NCBI GenBank assembly: GCA_029717555.1
Contig: JAMDHS010000080.1
Span: 62,001 to 91,708 of the forward strand
Source of the DNA: Peribolospora baueri
Lineage: Eukaryota
Reading direction: 5' to 3'
DNA length: 29,708 nucleotides
The position numbers were made by a program, and so were the translations under genes. The stretch's first letter is position 1, and every line of letters starts with the position of its first letter. Under the pieces are notes generated by a model. The model made no database searches. It was not told the DNA's origin and saw only the letters and a program-made list of their open reading frames with translations. Of the stretch, positions 11,181-22,564 are shown piece after piece.

Positions 11181-11708
11181 TGTGGTTGAGCTGGAAGGGT
11201 TTTGGCCCATGAGAGCAATGGAAGATGGGACTGTGCCCGTCTCTATCTATCAATGGTGGTCCCGGAGTACAAACGTGGTTGCGGTGGTGGTGGTAGCTAT
11301 AGACTTGTCGATAGTGTAATTGTGTACATGAATATCAGCGCGATAGTCCGTGCTATGCGCCACCTCGCCGAGATCATCGACGACCTTCTTCGCACCACCT
11401 CCGCCAGCTCACCGACGCCATCGACTTCCATCCGTACCTCGGCAGCGAGCTCCCTTTCTTTTGCCCTACATACCCTCGGAAGCTGTGCGCCAGACTCCGC
11501 TTTTTCAACTTACTTCGTCACCGTCCACTTTCAGCGCTCTGGATCGACGTCAGCAAACATCCGTTCTGACGCTGTGTCTTTGACCGACTTCTACCGGGCA
11601 GCTCGCCATTGACTCGACCTTGCCAGCTTTGTCGCGCCTGGGACCAGTCCTGATTGGCGTGCACAAGAATCAGACGCTTTTACACAGCAACCCCGCTACG
11701 TAAAACAC

Positions 11709-11841
11709 ATGAGCATACCCGATCCAGCACCAGCGAAGATGAGGAGGGCCGCGAGGGCGTATCATCAGGACAGCGGTGGAGATACGTCGCCGGCCATGGG
11801 TCCTGGGCCAACCTACGATCAAGCTCAGCTCAGCTACCCTA

Positions 11842-11874
<33 letters not shown>

Positions 11875-14800
11875 TTGGTCCGGGCCAGTTCGGCTATGCC
11901 CAACCCCAGCAACAGCAGCAGCGGTTTGCTCCAGGACAGCCCCAACCTCAGCAAGGCGGCTTTGGTCCTGGTCAGCCCCATCCTCAGCAAGGCGGTTTTC
12001 CCGGCCAGCCGGGCATGTACCAGCAACCTCCGCCCATGCAGCAGCAAGTTCCCGTCGGCGGTCACGGTCTCCCTGGAGGTGTCGCACACCCTGACCCATC
12101 GCGCATCGCCTCGGCCGGGCCCGGTGGTGGTGCACCCCTGGGCAATCCCAATGGTATCAATCAACCCCCTCACCACGCTGGACAGAGGTTCCAGGGACCG
12201 AGAGCCAAGATTGACCCGGACAGCATACCAAGTCCCGTCGTCGTACAGGATCAGGACCAGGATTACTTCGATAAGGAGCTGTTCCTCACTTGTGGTAGGG
12301 GAGGCTTACCGCTCGCTACGACCGATTTCGCTGCTGTTGATCAAGGTGCGTCTTTAGTATCGCATTGTCATTTTGCTGGGAACCACTCTGCTCAAATGAA
12401 GATGTTACCATATTGGCGTGACTTTTGCCCCTTACAGGCAACGCGACTCCAAAGTTCCTTCGGCTGACGACTTACTCCATCCCTACAACCGACGACCTCG
12501 CCTATACCTCCCAACTCCCCCTTGGCCTTGTCGTGCAGCCGTTCGCGCCGCAACGACCGGATGAGATGGAAGTGCCAGTTGTGGACTTTGGAGATGCAGG
12601 TCCTCCGCGCTGTAAGAAATGTCGCGGGTATATTAACCCTTGGTGTTTGTTCGTCGAAGGGGGTATGAAGTTTGTGTGCAATTTGTGTGGTGGCGCAACG
12701 GAAGGTGAGTGTGTAGTAAAGGCGTTCCGGCTCGCTCTGTCCGAAGGGCTGACGTCGACGGGGATATCGTGACGAAATCTATCGTTTATCGCAGTCTCCC
12801 CTGAGTACTTCTGCAACCTTGACATGAACGGCCGCCGAGTCGACTACGAGCAACGTCTGGAGCTCCAGCGCGGTACGATCGATTTCCGAGTGCCGAAAGA
12901 GTACTGGGCTGTCCAGCCTGATAACGCCGACAACAGCCTCCTTCTTGCCTCCACCTACACCATGCCTATTGCTCCTCCCTCGCCCAATCCCGCGGTGGGC
13001 GCTGACCTCGCATCTCCGGCCCTCGCCAGCGCCGCCTCCTTCGCCAACGCCGCCGCCCAGGCCGCTTCCTCGGCGGCGACTGCCACGTTGGGAGTGGCAA
13101 AAACGGTTGTGCGTGCTCCCAGGCCGCTGAGCTACTTCTTCGCCATCGATGTGAGCTATGGCGCGGTGAGCACCGGCATGCTCCGAGAGGTCATCACCTC
13201 CATCCGCGAGGTGCTCTACGGTAGCAAGCGCACCTCGGAGTCTGACGATGCGAAGGCGGAGGACAACGGCGGAGAAAAACCGAATGGCGCATCCATGGAC
13301 GAGCGGTACGGGCTGCCAGGAGGCAGCAAGGTTGCCTTCGTCACATTCGATCGGTCGCTGCACTTTTGGAACATTCATCCCAGCCTCGACCAGGCGCAGA
13401 TGATGGTCGTGCCCGATATCTCCGATGTTTTCGTCCCTATCAGCGAAGGACTGCTCGTCGATCCTTGGGATTCTAGGTCGGTGCTCTCTCCATTTCCGCA
13501 TTGATCAAATACCCTCGCAGGGTGGTAGTCTCCGACTGCCTGAAGAGCTCATCGTCTGTGCATTCCATTTCACTTTAGGGAGATCATCGAGAACTTGTTG
13601 GACTCGTTGCCGGCGGTCTTTGCGAACAACCATGTGTCGGAGGCGGCATTTGGCGCCGCGGTTCGAGGAGCGCAGGCGGCGTTGGTGAGTTGCCGGTTGG
13701 TTCGATGTTATAGAACGCGGAGACGTTTCTCAGATGTTGTCTCCTTCCCCTTGTCTTCCTTCAGACTCACATTGGTGGACAGGTCAACGTGTTCCTGTCG
13801 ACGATCCCCACCATTGGTCCCGGCGCATTGAGGCACCGCGAGGACACCAAACTGTACGACACGGACAAGGAAAAGTCGCTCTTCGTCACCCAGGACGGCT
13901 TCTATCGAGGCGCAGCGGAGGAATGCGTAGAGGCCGGCATCGGCATCAACGCCTTCCTCTTCCCTAACCAGTACATCGACGTGGCTAGCATAGGCACGTT
14001 GACCGGCCTCACCGGAGGAGAGCTCTATTTCCACCCTCGTTTCGATCCCGTCCGAGATGGGAGAAAGCTCAAGAGCGAGATCAGCAGAAGCGTGCTCAGA
14101 GAGACGGCGTACAACTGCACGATGCGGATACGATGTTCGAACGGTGAGTACTTCTTCTCTCCCGTTTATCCACACTTAACAGAACACGTCCTGACATCAT
14201 AAGGGTCGTCGATCGTCCGCCGGTTAAAGGTCTTCGTGTCCAGGAGCACCTCGGCAACTTCTACCAGCGTAACGTAACGGACATCGAATTGGGTAACATG
14301 GACGCCGACAAGGCCGTCGTCGCGGTGATCCGGCACGAGGGCAAGCTCGACGAGAAGCATGAAGCGCATTTCCAATCGGCCGTGCTCTACACGACCGCGT
14401 ACGGCGAGCGCCGCGTCAGGGTCTCCAACATCGCCGTGCCCGTGTCCAGCTTGCTCGCCAATGTCTTCCGCTACGCAGATATGGATGCTGCCATCGCTTA
14501 CTACGCGAAGGAAGGTGAGCTCGCACTGTCAATCTCGCGAGATAATGCAGAGCATGTGTACTTCTAAGGGGTTCGGCTTCTGATGCGATTTCTCTGCCTC
14601 CTGACAGTGGTCACGCAAGCCACGAGCAAAAACCTCCGGGAGATTCGTAACTACCTCACGGAGAAATGCGTCAAGATCTTGCTCGCGTACAGGAAGAACT
14701 GTGCTTCGTCCACTTTACCGGGACAGGTGAGCGAAAAAAAAAAAACCGTCGGCTATTCTTCTGTGAAAGCTTTATTATCGTGGAGCTGAGCGGTCATACT

Positions 14801-15876
14801 GATCTTTTTGGTTAATCTGCGTGTTGCAAACAGCTCATTCTCCCGGAATCGTTCAAGCTCTTCCCACTGTACGCGCTGGCAATCATGAAGACGAAGGCCA
14901 TCAAACGTGAGCGCCAGCCGCGACGACGCTTATTAGGCCCGGAGAACTGACGAGACCTACTCTATTGCAGCCGGCAACGTCACATCGGATGTCCGAGCGC
15001 ATTACATGCGCTGGTTCCGAGCTGCGGGCGTGGCCGCGACGATGGCCAACCTGTACCCACGCATGATTGCCATTCACAACCTGGCCGACGACGAGGGTTT
15101 GCCCAAAGCCGAAACCGGCAAGGTCAAAACGTCGCCGCTGATGAGGCCGAGCTATTTGCGCATGGAGCAGAATGGCGCTTATATCATCGGTGAGGGCGAG
15201 AGACTGGGGGGGCGGAGCTTGATAGAGCCGGGCCGAACGGTTGCGGAGGCTGCGGTTCTCATTGTTTTATTTTCCGTCCATCCACTCCTCTTCTGCAGAA
15301 AACGGCGAGATCATCCTTCTGTGGATCGGCAGCGGTGTCTCGCCTCGGCTCCTGCAGGATCTGTACGGCGTCGACAACCTCGAGGAGCTGGACGTGCGAA
15401 TGGTGAGCATTCTGAGAGGATTCCGGTGCTCGATAGGAGCGGACCAACTGACCGCTGGCTGTCTGTACATTGGCCACTTTGCAGACGTCGCTCCCGAAGC
15501 TGCCCACACGCTTTTCCGAACAGGTCCGAAACATCGTCGCCGCTTTTGAGGCGCACCGCCAGCGCTCGCTGCCCGTGCTGATTGCCAGACAAAACATGGA
15601 CGGCACCGAGGTCGAGTTCGGCAACTCGCTCGTCGAGGATTCCAACGGAGGAAACATGAGCTACGTGGATTACTTATGCTATGTGCACAAGAAGATTCAG
15701 AGCGAGCTGGTAAGTCGCTGTTGGGAGCCACATGAGCAGTTGGACTTGCGCTTTCTGCCTTGATTGCGGCTCGTTCGCCTCGTCCTCACGTCGCATTTCA
15801 TCCGACTTTCTTTTCCGCGCAGACGGGCGAGAAGAGCAGCGAAGACGCGACGAGCACGTGGCGAGGTGCCTGGTGA
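11709..15876 (+). CDS. SEC24: COPII cargo-adaptor Sec24, Sec24C/D (Sfb3/Lst1-like) type, 1049 aa. Exons 11709-12345, 12438-12704, 12795-13476, 13579-13684, 13765-14143, 14230-14514, 14608-14726, 14834-14906, 14971-15189, 15299-15402, 15485-15709, 15823-15876
   Basis: Q/P/G-rich N-terminus; DQGNATPKFLRLTTY; zinc finger PPRCKKCRGYINPW...FVCNLC; trunk YFFAIDVS; TMRIRCSNGLRV; GERRVRV; GQLILPESFKLFPLY; gelsolin-like ENGEIILLWIG; SYVDYLCYVHKKIQ. Eleven GT-AG introns; exons total 3150 nt in frame. Confidence 0.96.
11844..11873 (+). repeat. (CAG)10 encoding polyglutamine in the Sec24 N-terminus
   Basis: Perfect CAG run read directly from the sequence. Confidence 0.95.
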
Positions 15877-16175
15877 AGGAAATGTGCTCCAAGTTCTCGA
15901 GAGGGACTGGTGGGGGCGCCGGATCGGGAAGTGCCATTGGAGACCGACCGTCCATCCCGCGTGCGGACTTGGCCCGGAGTTGATGGATGAGGAATGCTGG
16001 ACTCACCGGTAGTGGTACGGATGCCACCGGATGCCCACAGGAGTACATAGTTCATGTTTCATGCCATGGAATGATATGTCGTGCTTCTGGAAAGGATGCG
16101 AAGCCAAGAAGGAAGTCTGATTGCCAGCTCGACAGGGCGGCTCGAACGATGAGAGAGTCCCTTCCCTTTGCCCTC

Positions 16176-16191
16176 ACGCGATCGCACGCGT
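16176..16191. promoter_or_regulatory. Tandem MCB-like boxes (ACGCGA, ACGCGT) upstream of the RAD51 paralog
   Basis: acgcga at 16176 and acgcgt at 16186, about 100 nt upstream of ATG 16284. MluI boxes are typical of fungal G1/S and DNA-repair promoters, but short GC-rich motifs occur often by chance here. Confidence 0.4.
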
Positions 16192-16283
16192 CGTCGCCGC
16201 CCACGAAGCTGGAGCGCGCTGACGTCCTTCGACGGCGACCATCGCCAGCAACGCCGTCCAGATATGTTCGCAGGCGTTCGCCA

Positions 16284-18179
16284 ATGGCTCCCAATCCAGC
16301 GACTCCGACCCCCAAACCGTCTTCCCGACCACTCTCTTCTTTCCGGCCCCAGACCGCCTCCCTACCTTTCGCGCTCACCCCGCCTCCCTCGCGTTCCACG
16401 CGTGCCCCATCCTCCGCCAACCATGTCGCCGTCCGCCCGCTGAGGCCCCTCTCCTTCCTCTCCCAGGCGCCTGCAACGCCTCCTCCCTTATCTGGGGCGC
16501 AGGTGAAAGGGAAAGACCTCAAAAGGGTCGGTCTCAGCTCCCTCCAGCCGCCGTCCTTGGCCAGTCCGCCGCGCGACGCCCCGGACCCTACCCCAGTGCT
16601 CCCGCCTTCGCCTCCCGCGCCAACGCCCCGGGCCTCAACCCCGACTACCCCTTCGGCGGCCTGCCCACTCGTCTTCTCTACAGGGTGCGTGGCCATCGAT
16701 CACCTGTTTCGCACTCCCTCGGCCTCAAGGCCAGCGTCGGCGGCGCAAACAAATGAGGAGGCGGACGAGGCCGAGGCCGAGGTAGCCCTTCTTCGCGGTG
16801 TAGCGACAGGCCAAGTGATCGAGTTTAGTGGCCCGCCCGGGATCGGGAAGACGGCCTTTGCGGCTAGCATGGCCGTGAGGGCTCGTGTGAGGATGACTTG
16901 TTCGGGGAAAGGGAAGGAGACAGACACTTCGCGGTCGGTATGCGGTGAAGCGGGCGACGACGACGACGGCGTGGAAGTGCTGCTCGTAGGTGAGCTCGGC
17001 TCAGCGTCTTGGTCGCACCGCTTCGCCAAAGACCGACGTGCATGGTACATTTGTGCTATTCTCTTCTCTATTATTATTTAGATACCGAGGGCTCCCTACC
17101 ACGGTCACGTATCGTCCGCTCCGCGCTGGCTTTGCTCTCTTCGCATCCCGACCTTCGGCTGCTACACGAGCGAACAGCAGAGCTCGTCGGCGGAATTCAT
17201 ATCCTGCGACCGCTAGATACGGCAGATATGGTCTCTCTTCTGCATTCCTTCCCTGAGTGGCTGAGGAACCACCCGAAGGTAAGTGAGGAGATACAAGGAT
17301 GGATGTTGCTTTCTTCATGTGTCAGCAGCATCATGTCGAAACGGCTCTCTTTTCCTTTTTGTCGACCTTCCGGCTGGTCATGCCTAGGTCAAGCTTGTCG
17401 TCATCGACACTCTCTCCTTCCACTTTCGACACACGTCAATCCCATTCGGAGAGCGCGCTCGACTCATGGACACCATCAGGCATCAACTGGGCATGACAGC
17501 AGCTATAGCCGATGTCGCCGTGAGTATGGAGCTCGCCAGGAAGGCGGCTCATGCACATTCTGCTTTCGAAGTGACCGATGCATTATTTGTTTGTCTTGCC
17601 CTGCCTGCCACCGTTTCGTTCAGATTGTCGCTTTTAACCAGATGGCGACCAAACTCTACGCCGAAGACGGCACACTGGCCAACTTTGAGACGGGAAAGGT
17701 GGCAAAGTTGGTGCCTCAATTAGGTGGGTAACCGGGGTGGGTGGCTGTCAGCAGCCATGACACCGCCTCTTTCCAGACGCCGAGCCTGACTCCAGTCGGC
17801 GTTGTTTCTTCTTGGCCTCCTCGACTGAACGTAGGCGACAGCTGGCTTCCTCCTGGCTCCGATCGAGTCGTCCTCTTTCGACGGGGGCACGATAGGGCAA
17901 GGTGCGCAGGTCTCCTTGTCTGCCTAGCTTCGCATTGCGTACTCGTAAGCTGAGGTATGCGACTCCCTCCGCTACTGTCCAGGTTGGCATGCCGCTTTTC
18001 CGGCACGATCGATACGATCAAGGACTCGAGTCCATGGGTTGCGTTCGAAGTTGATGTGAGTTGGCTCGCCGGCTCTCTGCGCTGCTTTAAAAATTCTTTG
18101 CCTGACGCGATTGTACTGTCTTCCCGTTCACAAACACCAGCGTCACGGCCTCGTCTGCGATATCGAAGGACTGAGCTGA
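16284..18179 (+). CDS. RAD51C: RecA/Rad51-family paralog, RAD51C-like, about 437 aa. Exons 16284-16989, 17082-17278, 17388-17519, 17624-17723, 17835-17901, 17983-18055, 18141-18179
   Basis: FSTGCVAIDHL; Walker A VIEFSGPPGIGKT; VLLVDTEGS; WLRNHPKVKLVVIDTLSFHFR (Walker B); NQMATK; LVPQLGDSW. The 'HPKVKLVVID..F.FR' and 'LVP.LG.SW' segments resemble RAD51C. An alternative in-frame ATG lies at 16149. Confidence 0.8.
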
Positions 18180-18855
18180 AGAGACGAGCGCCAGTCGACC
18201 ATGTTGGCCATCCTCATCCCTTTCTTCTGATCCTACAACCCCACCTTTGACTTGGCCATTGCATTTCACTCAAGGTCGACGACGTCCGATTCTCCCTGAC
18301 TCCACCACGACTCAGCACTGGAACTCCCTCTTTCTTCTGTTCTCTTTTTTGTTCCTTTTGGCTTGGCGATGGGTGTCGTTTCTGATACGCCAACGCCAAC
18401 TTTGCCGCCGGTACATTTAACCACGAGTGACCCGGTCCCGTGCTTCTCCTGAGGAGCGCCGATACCGCCTCCTCAGTCGGGCCTAGTTAGCTTAGCGCAA
18501 AAGACGAGTGAAGTTGGAAAAGGTTGGTCACGGCACGGCATGCCGAAAACCGCCGTCGATACTTGAGCCCGCACGAGCACTCTTCGACGCGACCCTGAAA
18601 AAAAAAAAAATCAAAAGATCCCACCCGAATTTTCGCGGGGCGGTTGCAATTCACGAAACGGAGCAAAGCACAGAAGAGTCGGAATGTATCCAATTGGTAT
18701 CTGCGAGCGAGCGAGCGAATAGTAACTAATATGGGCTGGCGAAACGTCCGTCTAGGAGAACAGAAAGGAGAGAGAGAGAGCGGCGTGCGGGGGTCCTATC
18801 TCGCGTCTCCGGCGAGCTGACCGACCGAACCAACCAACCAACCGACCGATCGATC

Positions 18856-21526
18856 TCAACACTGCTTCACTTCACCGCTCCGGCCGTTGAAGAGCTTGCC
18901 CAACGCGAGCGCCGTCGAGATGACGAGGATAGTCATGCCAAAGGCGGCGCACGCCCAAGCGAGCGTGCGCGTGTCTTCGTACCACGCTCTTTGTCGTTTA
19001 CTGAACATGACCTGGGACTTGGTCGACGAGGCGGAGAGGTCGCCGACGTTGGCCGTCTCCGCGGGCGGGTAGGAGGGATCGTCTTCTCCTTCCTCGTCCT
19101 CCTCCTCCTCACCCCTGGTGAGCGAGGTTGTGGACTGATTGCCCGCACCGCCGCTTCGGTAAGCGGAACGAGCGTCACGGTGGCCCACGCCAGATGACGA
19201 AGAAGAGGAGGTGAGCTTGAGGTAGCAGATGCTCGGAAAGACATAGGCGAGGATGGAAGCGGAGAGCTGTAGGAGACGAACGGATGCGAGAATGGAGTCC
19301 ATGATGAGTCAAACCACGCGCGCAAACGCCGGAGAAAGCAAAACGACGACAACGACTCACGCCGCCGGTGAGCTCGAGAACGACACCGAGGTCGCACGTC
19401 GACAGGGAGAGGAGGAGACCGGCGACGACGAGGAGGGTCGTGAAGATGATGTGTCGCCGCTTGTTCCACGGCTGGTCGGCGTAGAAGTACGTCTCGATGA
19501 CTTCGCGGCAGACGAAGCTGTAGCAGGGCGGGCGGCGGGAAGAAGCAGCAATCGAGGAGCGTAAGATGGCTCGATCCCAGCAGAACGGGACGAATGCAAG
19601 ACGACTCTCACTCACGCTTCGAGGGGGAACGTGGTGAACATGTTGACGCCGAAGCAGAAGCGGGCGACATTGACTAGAGTATCATCTTGTGGAAAGTTGT
19701 TCAAGATGTTGCCCTAAATGATAAAGCGGAAGGGAGGTGAGCCAACGTGAGCGATGAGAGGGTTGCGTAACGTCGCCAACTATGGCCCACCCGGGGGGGG
19801 GGGGGGGGGGGGCCGGACGCGCACCTTAGTCTTGTCGGTGAAGACGCAGTAGCCTGCCAAGCTCATGGCAATGCTTGCCACAGCGCTGATTCCCGTGCTG
19901 GCATGCGTCACCTTGGCGAACCGATCGAGCGTCGGCTCCCTCAGGCTGCCGTAGATGAGCAGCGAGTTATGGTGGCACACGAACGCGAAGCTGATCACGC
20001 CTACCGCCTCGACGACGCCGCTGCCGAAGAGGCTGAATCGCAAGTCGGAGGAGCCTTTGTAGGATTCGGGCACGGTGGGGCCTCGGACCATGACCGTGAA
20101 AAGGATGATGCACATGCTGCATAGAGCCAGGAAGGAGGCTCTGGAGAGGGACTCGATGTTGCGGTAGAGGGACAAGGGGTAGGACACGGTGAGGGTGAGG
20201 AAGGCGATGACAAAGTTGCGTGAGACGAGCCACGACAACCATGGGGTCGTGACCAGGAAAGGAAAGGCGGCGGAGAGGACGTGAGGAATGGTATCGCCTG
20301 TGGAGGGACGAAAGGGAAGGCGACGGTGTGAGAGGACAGGCCAGCCGGTCGCTCGCTCGATATGAAGCTCGCCTTCGAGGTCGGGAAAGACCGACTCGGA
20401 CCCTCACCGATGATGACACCGAAAGCGCACATTCCGCCAAAGGCAAACGCAAACTGGAAGAGGCTGACCGCTGCGCGCCCGTGTTGGCCAAAACAACAGT
20501 CCATGATTTCGATGTAGGTGTTGCTGTCCGACGGAGGGAACGGAGAGGCTGGGTTTAGTGCCTTTGGATGCCAAGGGGAGAGCTGAAGGGCAATCATTTC
20601 ACACTCACCGCCCGCTTAGCTTGGCGTTCAAGACGATGAGCCTGATCGTCCAATCTTCGAATACGAAACAACGGGCATCGTCTGTTAGAGTCGGCGGTAA
20701 GAAAGAAGGCCGGGTGCGAGTCTTACCCGTGACGAAGGACAGTATGATGACCAAGAAAAGGCCGGTAAAGAAGCCGGCTTCTCTCATGGCGTAAGGGAGA
20801 CCTGAAATCGGCCAGAAGGAAGGGGGGCCGGTCAACGGCCGCACTGCAAGTCTCTCGAAAACGCTGGCCTGGGAAGGTTCGCTCACCGATGATACCCGCG
20901 CCCAAGATGGAGTTGGCCATGTTGACCACGCCGGCAAAGGTGCCTGCCCCCGTTTTAAGACCTCGGACGAGCCAGTCCGGCTCGTCTTCGATGTGCTCCC
21001 CAAGGGCCGCATGGCCGTTGCTGCCTCTATCACCGAAGCCATGACGGTAGGGCGACTGCTGGTCTCCATCTTGGTCGACCCATTCCTCCTCTCCACCCCC
21101 TCCGAGACGGAGACTGCCGGCAACGAGGCCTTCTCCGGAACCCCTCCCATCCACCTCCATGCTCATCCTCGACAACCGAGACAGGATCGGAATCTGCGTC
21201 GCGATCGCCGTCCCCGTCGCGCGGGGGGAGGACGCCGTCCTCTCCCCGCGCTCTGAAGTATGCGCGCCATCTGCACTCAAGCTTAGCTGTCCAGCCTCGT
21301 GCGCGTCCAGCTCGTCGTCATCCAGCTCGTACTCGGCTTCGCGGGAGGAGATGGTGGAACGGAGGGGTTGGGAGAACGTTCGCGTGGCAGAAGGCGAACG
21401 GCTGCCGAAGGCCGGTGCTGCTGGCGAGGACTGCAGCGGGTCGTCGGGGTCGCGGGGCGCTTCGTCGTCAGAAGAAGGGCCGACGTCAAAGAGGACTTCT
21501 GACGGAGGCGGCGGAGTCCTGGACAT
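18856..21526 (-). CDS. AVT2: Amino acid/auxin permease (AAAP, Aa_trans) transporter, Avt2/SLC38A11-like, probably vacuolar or endomembrane, 671 aa. Exons 21526-20887, 20801-20727, 20654-20609, 20523-20408, 20297-19825, 19713-19616, 19517-19361, 19266-18856
   Basis: NMANSILGAGIIGLPYA, TDWTIRLIVLNAKLSG, FAFGGMCAFGVIIGDTIPHV, YPLSLYRNI, ISFAFVCHHNSLLIYGSL, KGNILNNFP, TFPLEAFVCREV and DLGVVLELTGG. Exons total 2016 nt in frame. Confidence 0.9.
19793..19812 (+). repeat. G20 homopolymer inside an intron of the transporter gene
   Basis: 20 consecutive G on the + strand (C20 in the pre-mRNA), 12 nt from the donor at 19824. Confidence 0.9.
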
Positions 21527-21638
21527 CCTTCTTGCCTTGCTTCCTCTTCTCTTTTCTCTTATATTCTCTTCTCCAACCCAAGCATTGGGTCGACCAACTC
21601 GCTCGCTGTCAGTGCGCTGATCTCGGTGTCAATGCACG

Positions 21639-21690
21639 CACGTGACGTCACGTGACCGTGTCACGTTAGTGCACGTGCACATCCACGTGC
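21639..21690. promoter_or_regulatory. Palindromic E-box/CRE cluster in the AVT2 / MFS divergent promoter
   Basis: A 16-bp palindrome cacgtgacgtcacgtg (21639-21654) with central TGACGTCA; gtcacgtgac (21647-21656); gtgcacgtgcac (21669-21680); ccacgtgc (21683-21690). Four CACGTG fall within about 50 bp. Confidence 0.65.
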
Positions 21691-21782
21691 CGGCTCTGGC
21701 ATGCCTCGCTCGGGGCGTGTTCAAGGGGGAAGACGACGTCTGTGGAGGTGAGCGTGGTGGGCTCGTGTATCTGCGGGGTGCC

Positions 21783-21856
21783 GTATGTATGTATATGTAC
21801 ATGTACACGGTGTGTTATGCATATGTACATGTACTGTACACGATGTGTTATGCATA
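21783..21856. repeat. Alternating purine-pyrimidine tract with an imperfect tandem duplication
   Basis: atatgtacatgtac-acggtgtgttatgc (21793-21820) is repeated as atatgtacatgtac-tgtac-acgatgtgttatgc (21821-21853). Confidence 0.8.
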
Positions 21857-22564
21857 GAGCGGGCCAGCACCGAAGCGCTTGCTCCTGCTCCGGACGCTGT
21901 CCGCCTTGAGGCCGAAGGGAACGCCGGGCCGGGGTTGGTCGCCGGCAGCGGACACGTGCCTGTGTCTCGGCCCGGCGTCGGCGACCCAGGCGTGGGTCGG
22001 ACCGAGAGGAAGAAGGATGGCCGTACAAATCGCACCTGCATCTTTATCGCGGCGCTGGCCCGACCTGTTCTTCTCTTACCTGCGCCTCGCTGCCGGCGAC
22101 CACGGCCGGATACGGAGTTGAGAGGTTGCGAGCAACGATAGGATGTCTTTCCGAGACGCGCCTCAACATCGCCGTGCCTCCCTTTTTCTTCCCTCGACGC
22201 CCTGAGGCAAATCTCTGGTTCCGTTGTCAGCGATGAAGCAGGTGAAGTAAGACCGTCCGTGGGGCCCACCCCAGAGTACTTAGATCCCACCCTTCCCATT
22301 TTTTTCTTTTTTTTCAACCCTTCCCTCCTGCCGTCACTCCCTCTGTTCGAACAGGACGAGCGGGACAGACAGACAGGCTTGTCGGCGTGTCATATAGTTC
22401 ATCGCCGTGGACGCCCCAGCTAAGCTCTCGGCATACTGAGCTCTCTTCCTCCACCTTCTCCACACAGCGCCCGCTATTGACCCGCTCATCGTCCACATAC
22501 GTGTCCTTCGCGTGAACGAACAGCAGACTTGTTCTGTCTCAGCGTGCCCTTCCCCAGGCGAACG

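Noticed and set aside
1..18179. Rad26-like, DAD3 and RAD51C-like genes as a genome-maintenance cluster
   Set aside because: They are interspersed with unrelated housekeeping genes, and there is no evidence of functional clustering without synteny data.
18449..18476. Hairpin ctgaggag...ctcctcag between convergent RAD51C and AVT2, near an A13 run
   Set aside because: The stem is only about 8-10 bp. I found no tRNA cloverleaf, A/B boxes or snoRNA boxes, so no ncRNA can be supported.
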